Assembly (NCBI RefSeq): GCF_003367075.2
Contig: NZ_CP065936.1
Coordinates: forward strand, 420,001-452,000
Direction: 5' to 3'
DNA from: Cylindrospermopsis raciborskii Cr2010
Lineage (GTDB): Bacteria; Cyanobacteriota; Cyanobacteriia; Cyanobacteriales; Nostocaceae
Length of the DNA: 32,000 bases
Both the position numbers and the translations under genes were made by a program. The notes below the pieces were generated by a model. That model was given only the letters and a program-made list of their open reading frames with translations. It made no database searches and had not been told where the DNA came from. Of this stretch, positions 26,748 through 32,000 are shown in pieces (the stretch's first letter is position 1; the number at the start of each line of letters is the position of its first letter).

Positions 26748-27677
26748 ATGTCGGAGAATAGCTTTCCCTATTTGCTTGAATACGTAAACTGCGATCTCTG
26801 CGGAGCTAATCAGCCTAAAACGAGATATGTTAAGAAAGGTTCCGCTTTGCCAATAGACTTCAGTATCGTTCAGTGTAGTAATTGTGGCTTAGTATACACT
26901 AATCCTAGACCGCACCCCTCATTGACCCATTTGATATACACCACGGAATACTATTATGGAGAAGGGTGCGATCCGGTCTTTTCTGCTGAAGGGTCAACCA
27001 AGGCAAATGATTCTGAAATGCTTTTAGATGCTATATCTTCGTACTTTGAGCAAGTACATCATTCACCTGAAGATAGAAAAATACTAATCGAAGCTGGTGG
27101 AGGTGCGGGTCTTATTTGTAAAGCGGCAAATGACCGCCACTTCAACTCAATTATGACAGACCTATCTCCTGACTCTATAAATATAGCTCGAAATAATGGT
27201 ATCAATTGCATTCTTGGAGAACTTGATTCAGAGGAGCTTGAACATCTGCATGGTAAGGTGGATGTTGTTGTTGCTAACGAGGTAATTGAGCACGTTTATT
27301 CACCAAGAAAATTTCTTATAGATGTATTTAGACTACTTCGTCCGGGTGGAATTTTTTGTTATACAACGGGTAATTACGCAGAGACTCGCTTACAAGGTAA
27401 GAATTGGAGCTATATGAATATACCTGACGCTCATATACACTTTTTTACTCGAGGCATTATGGATAGATACCTCAAAGAAACTGGATTTTCTGGTAGGGTT
27501 GATATATACAGTTTCTATACCAAAAATAATGCGGGCTATAAATTAATGAGAAAGTTGGGGATCAAGTTATCGAAAGGTTATCCTAAAACAACTATGGAGA
27601 AGTTGTTCTACTCACATATTTTTAAGGCCAGCGAGGTAGCATTTTTCCGGCGTCGGTTTGACTGGGCAATTAAGTGA
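26748..27677 (+). CDS. Class I SAM-dependent methyltransferase with N-terminal zinc-ribbon
   Basis: CDLCG...CSNCG is a Cys4 motif. IEAGGGAGL is the SAM motif I, and VVANEVIEHV...LRPGG follows. Confidence 0.7.
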   Translation: MSENSFPYLLEYVNCDLCGANQPKTRYVKKGSALPIDFSIVQCSNCGLVYTNPRPHPSLTHLIYTTEYYYGEGCDPVFSAEGSTKANDSEMLLDAISSYFEQVHHSPEDRKILIEAGGGAGLICKAANDRHFNSIMTDLSPDSINIARNNGINCILGELDSEELEHLHGKVDVVVANEVIEHVYSPRKFLIDVFRLLRPGGIFCYTTGNYAETRLQGKNWSYMNIPDAHIHFFTRGIMDRYLKETGFSGRVDIYSFYTKNNAGYKLMRKLGIKLSKGYPKTTMEKLFYSHIFKASEVAFFRRRFDWAIK

Positions 27678-27805
27678 GATCCTCTAATTCGGACGTTGGA
27701 CAGGGGATGAAATAAAACCTGTAAACTTTAGAAATCCGTTGTTGTGGTGTTTTTTATATTATTGGTATGATAAACACTTGTATACTAAATCAGTAGTACA
27801 ACAGC

Positions 27806-28792
27806 ATGTTAAATATTGGAATAATTGGTTGTGGACTGATTGGGCAAAAACGCGCCAAATCCCTAGGCGAAGGCAGTCGCCTTGTGGCCTGTGCGGACAT
27901 CGATCTAAACCGTGCCCAATCCCTAGCGGGCACCCAGTCCAAGGCATTTGATAATTACCACGATCTCCTTGCACTCCCCGAGGTTGATGCGGTGGTGGTG
28001 TCCACCCTCCACGACTCCTTGGCTGCAATTACCCTGGCTGCCATCCAGTCTGGTAAGCATGTACTGGTAGAAAAACCCGCTGCTCGCCACACAAGAGAAT
28101 TAGAACCGGTTATGGCAGCAGCTAATCAAATAGATGTCAAGGTGCGTGTAGGCTTTAATCACCGATATCACCGAGCCATGCGTAAGGCCAAGCAGTTGGT
28201 TGATGATGGTGTTCTAGGAGATTTAATGTTTATTAGAGCCCGTTATGGTCATGGTGGTCGAGTTGGCTATGACAAGGAGTGGCGGTCCAGACCAGAATTG
28301 TCGGGGGGAGGGGAATTGATTGATCAAGGCCCTCACTTAATCGATCTATCCCGTTGGTTCTTATCTCAAGAATTTGTAGAAGTTCAGGGATTTGCTCATA
28401 CTTACTACTGGGATATGCCGGTGGATGACAATGGATTTATGTTGCTCAAGACTGCTAACCACCAGACTGCCTTTCTCCATGCTTCGTGCACTGAGTGGAA
28501 GAATCTATTTTCCATGGAGATCTATGGACGTGATGGCAAGTTAGAGATTTCTGGGTTGGGTGGTAGCTATGGTGTAGAACGACTGACCTGGTACAAAATG
28601 TTACCTGAGATGGGTCCCCCTGAAACTACCACCTGGGAATATCCGATGACCGATAATTCTTGGGCAATTGAGTTAGCTGAATTTTATGACGATATTCTTT
28701 TGAATCGATCAGTGGATGCTGGACTTCAGGATGCTTACGAATCACTTAAGGTCATTCAACATATTTATAGGATCTCTAACTATGATTTTTAA
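27806..28792 (+). CDS. Gfo/Idh/MocA family oxidoreductase
   Basis: IGIIGCGLIGQKRA is an N-terminal Rossmann motif, with the conserved VEKP motif. Confidence 0.8.
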   Translation: MLNIGIIGCGLIGQKRAKSLGEGSRLVACADIDLNRAQSLAGTQSKAFDNYHDLLALPEVDAVVVSTLHDSLAAITLAAIQSGKHVLVEKPAARHTRELEPVMAAANQIDVKVRVGFNHRYHRAMRKAKQLVDDGVLGDLMFIRARYGHGGRVGYDKEWRSRPELSGGGELIDQGPHLIDLSRWFLSQEFVEVQGFAHTYYWDMPVDDNGFMLLKTANHQTAFLHASCTEWKNLFSMEIYGRDGKLEISGLGGSYGVERLTWYKMLPEMGPPETTTWEYPMTDNSWAIELAEFYDDILLNRSVDAGLQDAYESLKVIQHIYRISNYDF

Positions 28793-29537
28793 CCTGCTTT
28801 ATAAATCTGCATATATCCTTGAGAAATTATCGGCCTTTGCTCAGGGTAAGGGTTATGGCAGTAGAAGTATTCGCCAGGAGATTGCTGTTGCAAAAAAACT
28901 GATGCAGTCCTTACAACGTGAATTACTCATGATTGATATTGGCGGCAATATAGGCGACTACACATACCAGTTGCGTAAAGGGTTCAAGCAGGCAGAAGTT
29001 CATATTTTTGAACCATCTATTGTCAATGTAAACAAGTTAAGTCAACGATTTAAAGGCGATCCATTGGTTATTTTGAATCCCGTTGGGGTTTCTAACTGTG
29101 AGGGAAGTTTCTTGTTGTATTCTAATGAACAGGGATCTGGAATTGCTAGTCTATCGAAGCGACGATTGGATCACTTTGATATTAGCTTTGACTTTTCGGA
29201 GCAGATCCAGACTATTTGCTTTGAAAATTACTGGATCAATCAACTGAATCGGAAAAGAATAAATCTAGTAAAGCTAGATATTGAAGGACATGAGTTAGAT
29301 GCTTTAAGAGGATTCGGATCCGCAATCTGGGCTACTGAACTCATTCAATTTGAGTTTGGTGGATGTAATTTAGATACCCACACTACCTTTCAAGACTTCT
29401 TTTATTTCTTTAAAGAACACAATTATGAAATATATAGAATAACGCCATTCGGTTCAGAAAAAATAAGTAAATACCGTGAAATTGATGAATTTTATTCAAC
29501 AACTAATTTTATTGCAAGAAATAGATCCTTACTATGA
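28782..29537 (+). CDS. FkbM-family methyltransferase
   Basis: IDIGGNIGDYT and KLDIEGHELDAL are the motifs. I prefer the ATG at 28782 (MIFNLLYK...) because the track start at 28716 would overlap the preceding gene by 77 nt. Confidence 0.7.
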   Translation: MIFNLLYKSAYILEKLSAFAQGKGYGSRSIRQEIAVAKKLMQSLQRELLMIDIGGNIGDYTYQLRKGFKQAEVHIFEPSIVNVNKLSQRFKGDPLVILNPVGVSNCEGSFLLYSNEQGSGIASLSKRRLDHFDISFDFSEQIQTICFENYWINQLNRKRINLVKLDIEGHELDALRGFGSAIWATELIQFEFGGCNLDTHTTFQDFFYFFKEHNYEIYRITPFGSEKISKYREIDEFYSTTNFIARNRSLL

Positions 29538-30517
29538 TTATTGCCCGTAGTCCATTACGCATTACTCTCGGTGGTGGAGGTACTGACCTTCCTTCCTACT
29601 ACCGTGACCACGAAGGGTTTTTAATTGCTGCAGCGATTGATAAATACGTTTATGTCACTGTTATGCGTCCCTTTACAGAGGGAATCTTTCTTAAGTACTC
29701 CCAGCTGGAACATGTGAATGAGATCGCTGAGGTGAAGCATCCCATTATCAGAGAATGTCTCCATATCCTTGACCTAAAAACCCCCCAGGTGGAGATTACC
29801 ACTTTGGCGGATATCCCTGCTGGAACAGGATTAGGATCCTCTGGTAGTTTTACTACAGCCCTACTCAAAGCTCTATACACCCATCGCAGATGCCATCTAC
29901 ATCAAGAAGAACTGGCAGAACTAGCCTGTCATATTGAGATTGACCGTTTGGGCGAACCCATTGGCAAACAAGACCAGTATGCAGCTGCTATCGGTGGTAT
30001 TACCTGTTTTACTTTTCATAAAGATGATCAGGTGACAGCTAACCCTCTGGCAATCAGTATGGATACGATGTTTGACCTGGAAGATAACTTGCTATTGTTT
30101 TTTACGGGCTTTTCTCGTAGTGCTAGTGGCATTCTCAAAGACCAAAAGGAGCGCACCCAAAAAAGTGATAGCGATATGCTGGCTAATCTACATTACGTAA
30201 AGGATTTAGGATATCGTAGTAAAGCAGCTCTTGAGTCGGGTGATACCTACCTTTTTGGGCAACTAATGCATGAACACTGGGAACATAAAAAGAAACGCTC
30301 CGGGGGAATGAGTAACCCTCAAATTGATGAGTGGTACCAATTGGCCATGAATAATGGTGCCATAGGTGGCAAGTTGGTTGGCGCTGGTGGCGGCGGATTT
30401 CTGATGTTTATGGCAAGCGATCGCAATAAGCTACGTCACGCCATGACAAATGCTGGACTAGAAGAAGTTAGGTTCGGTTTTGATTTTGAGGGCACCAAAG
30501 TGGTGTTGACATCCTGA
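29534..30517 (+). CDS. hddA: GHMP kinase, D-glycero-alpha-D-manno-heptose 7-phosphate kinase-like
   Basis: PLRITLGGGGTDLPSYY and PAGTGLGSSGSFTTALL form the GHMP ATP motif. It is translationally coupled to hddC, gmhA and gmhB. Confidence 0.7.
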   Translation: MIIARSPLRITLGGGGTDLPSYYRDHEGFLIAAAIDKYVYVTVMRPFTEGIFLKYSQLEHVNEIAEVKHPIIRECLHILDLKTPQVEITTLADIPAGTGLGSSGSFTTALLKALYTHRRCHLHQEELAELACHIEIDRLGEPIGKQDQYAAAIGGITCFTFHKDDQVTANPLAISMDTMFDLEDNLLLFFTGFSRSASGILKDQKERTQKSDSDMLANLHYVKDLGYRSKAALESGDTYLFGQLMHEHWEHKKKRSGGMSNPQIDEWYQLAMNNGAIGGKLVGAGGGGFLMFMASDRNKLRHAMTNAGLEEVRFGFDFEGTKVVLTS

Positions 30518-31215
30518 TGCTTCCAGTAGCTATTCTTGCAGGTGGATTGGCCACTAGGCTACGTCCAATTACTGAAAAAATTCCCAAGTCTCTTGTTCCC
30601 GTTGCTGGTAAGCCTTTTATTTGTCACCAGTTAAATTACCTGCGTGAACAGGGACTAGAGAAAGTTGTCCTGTGTATTGGTTATCTGGGAGAGATGATCC
30701 AAGAAGTGGTAGGAAACGGGGAAAATTTCGGTCTAAGTGTTAATTACTCTCTCGATGGCTCAGTGCTTTTAGGAACCGGAGGCGCTTTAAAACAAGCCTT
30801 ACCTCTCCTCGGAGATGAATTTTTTGTTCTATATGGTGACAGTTTTTTGCCTATAGATTTTTCAGCGGTGGAAAATTTTTTCCTAAGTTGTAATAAACCA
30901 GCCTTGATGACCATTCTACGTAATGCCAATCAGTGGGACAAGAGTAATGTTATTTTTCGCAATGGAACTCTAGAAGAGTACAATAAGAGTATATATCGTA
31001 CGGACATGGAGTTTATTGACTATGGACTGGGCATCTTGTCTAGATCCGTTCTGGATAAATATCCCATAGCTCAGCCCTTTGATCTGGCAGATGTATACCA
31101 TTCTCTTTCTACGGAAGGAAATCTACTGGGATACCAAGTTCACGAGCGTTTTTATGAAATAGGATCCACTGTGGGTCTTCAAGAAACTGAGACTTACTTT
31201 TTAAGAAAACTTTAG
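30517..31215 (+). CDS. hddC: Sugar-phosphate nucleotidyltransferase, D-glycero-alpha-D-manno-heptose 1-phosphate guanylyltransferase-like
   Basis: AILAGGLATRLRPITEKIPKSLVPVAGKPF is the nucleotidyltransferase signature. Confidence 0.7.
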   Translation: MLPVAILAGGLATRLRPITEKIPKSLVPVAGKPFICHQLNYLREQGLEKVVLCIGYLGEMIQEVVGNGENFGLSVNYSLDGSVLLGTGGALKQALPLLGDEFFVLYGDSFLPIDFSAVENFFLSCNKPALMTILRNANQWDKSNVIFRNGTLEEYNKSIYRTDMEFIDYGLGILSRSVLDKYPIAQPFDLADVYHSLSTEGNLLGYQVHERFYEIGSTVGLQETETYFLRKL

Positions 31216-31229
31216 GAGATAACAACACC

Positions 31230-31829
31230 ATGACCTACGCACAACAACATTTAGAAGAAGCTACACGCATTCTTGAAAAGATAGATTTTAATACTGTTGA
31301 ACAAGTAGCTGACATTTTAGCATCTGTCAAAGCAGAAGAAGGCAGAATATTCTTTCTTGGTGTTGGTGGCAGTGCAGGTAATTGTTCTCATGCGGTTAAC
31401 GACTTTCGTAAAATAGTTGGCATTGAATCATACGCGCCCACAGATAATGTTTCCGAATTAACAGCACGAGTGAATGATGAGGGCTGGGCAACAATCTTTG
31501 TCGAGTGGCTAAAAACCAGCAAGTTGAAGACAAAAGACTGTATTTTCGTATTTTCCGTGGGAGGGGGTAATCTGGAAAAAAACATTAGTCCCAATCTCGT
31601 GGAAGCACTGAAATATGCGGAGACAGTAGGTGCCAAAATTACGGGTGTTGTTGGTCGGGATGGTGGCTATACTGCAAAAGTAGCGGATGCCTGTGTTATT
31701 ATTCCCACAGTAAATCCAGATACTATTACTCCCCATTCTGAAGCGTTCCAGGCAGTTATCTGGCATTTGCTGGTATCCCATCCCAAACTCAAAGCTAATC
31801 AAACAAAGTGGGAATCAACCGTTAAGTGA
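31230..31829 (+). CDS. gmhA: SIS-domain D-sedoheptulose 7-phosphate isomerase
   Basis: It shows a SIS fold pattern: FFLGVGGSAGNCSHAVNDF, FSVGGG and GVVGRDGG. Confidence 0.7.
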   Translation: MTYAQQHLEEATRILEKIDFNTVEQVADILASVKAEEGRIFFLGVGGSAGNCSHAVNDFRKIVGIESYAPTDNVSELTARVNDEGWATIFVEWLKTSKLKTKDCIFVFSVGGGNLEKNISPNLVEALKYAETVGAKITGVVGRDGGYTAKVADACVIIPTVNPDTITPHSEAFQAVIWHLLVSHPKLKANQTKWESTVK

Positions 31830-32000
31830 ATCAAGCACATAAAGCCGTATTTCTCGACCGAGATGGTGTGATTAATAGGGCCCTAGTCAAGCAGGGAAAA
31901 CCCTATCCCCCTTCTACCATCGATGAGCTTGAGATTCTACCCGGTGTTGATGAAGCATTAAGTTCTCTAAAAAGAGAGGGCTTTCTTCTTATTGTAGTCA
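31826..32000 (+). CDS. gmhB: HAD-IIIA D-glycero-D-manno-heptose 1,7-bisphosphate phosphatase-like (partial, runs off window)
   Basis: A GTG start overlaps the gmhA stop (GTGA). The translation is (M)NQAHKAVFLDRDGVINRA..., and DxDGV is the HAD motif I typical of GmhB. Confidence 0.65.
   Translation, partial: MNQAHKAVFLDRDGVINRALVKQGKPYPPSTIDELEILPGVDEALSSLKREGFLLIVV

Noticed and set aside
28716-28781. Upstream start (28716) for the FkbM methyltransferase ORF
   Set aside because: It would overlap the oxidoreductase gene by 77 nt, and those codons are simply the other gene's 3' end read out of frame. The ATG at 28782 gives a typical short overlap.

Overview
The window looks cyanobacterial: HIP1 GCGATCGC sites are frequent, the sequence is AT-rich, and the gene content fits. 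All similarity and identity statements below were made by eye, without alignment tools. The window has three parts.

(1) 1-5235, ordinary genes. A thioredoxin reductase gene (trxB) is interrupted by a group II intron that runs off the left edge. The other genes are a type IV pilin-like gene, an FHA/zinc-ribbon/Ser-Thr kinase and a membrane-anchored GTPase.

(2) 5236-18737, a highly plastic repeat island.
- It holds six full-length, near-identical copies plus one fragment of a Uma2/DUF820-type PD-(D/E)XK nuclease gene. The C-terminal coiled-coil tail varies by 42-bp repeat number.
- The copies sit in nested tandem duplications with periods of 1318 bp and 2609 bp.
- Interleaved with them are one intact hicAB toxin-antitoxin pair, truncated hicA and hicB copies, three identical copies of a degenerate group II-intron-derived insertion, and a Rpn/DUF4351-like gene fragment.
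- A roughly 172-bp element that I could not assign to any known family (the R element) is present in six copies. It has a near-consensus promoter followed by an ORF-poor, apparently structured transcript with compensatory base changes. This is the best candidate for something undescribed.

(3) 18738-32000, a polysaccharide/O-antigen-type cluster. It encodes a Wzx-like flippase, a Wzy-like membrane protein, a GT11 fucosyltransferase, several epimerases and reductases, and three methyltransferases. It ends with a complete GDP-D-glycero-alpha-D-manno-heptose pathway (hddA, hddC, gmhA, gmhB).
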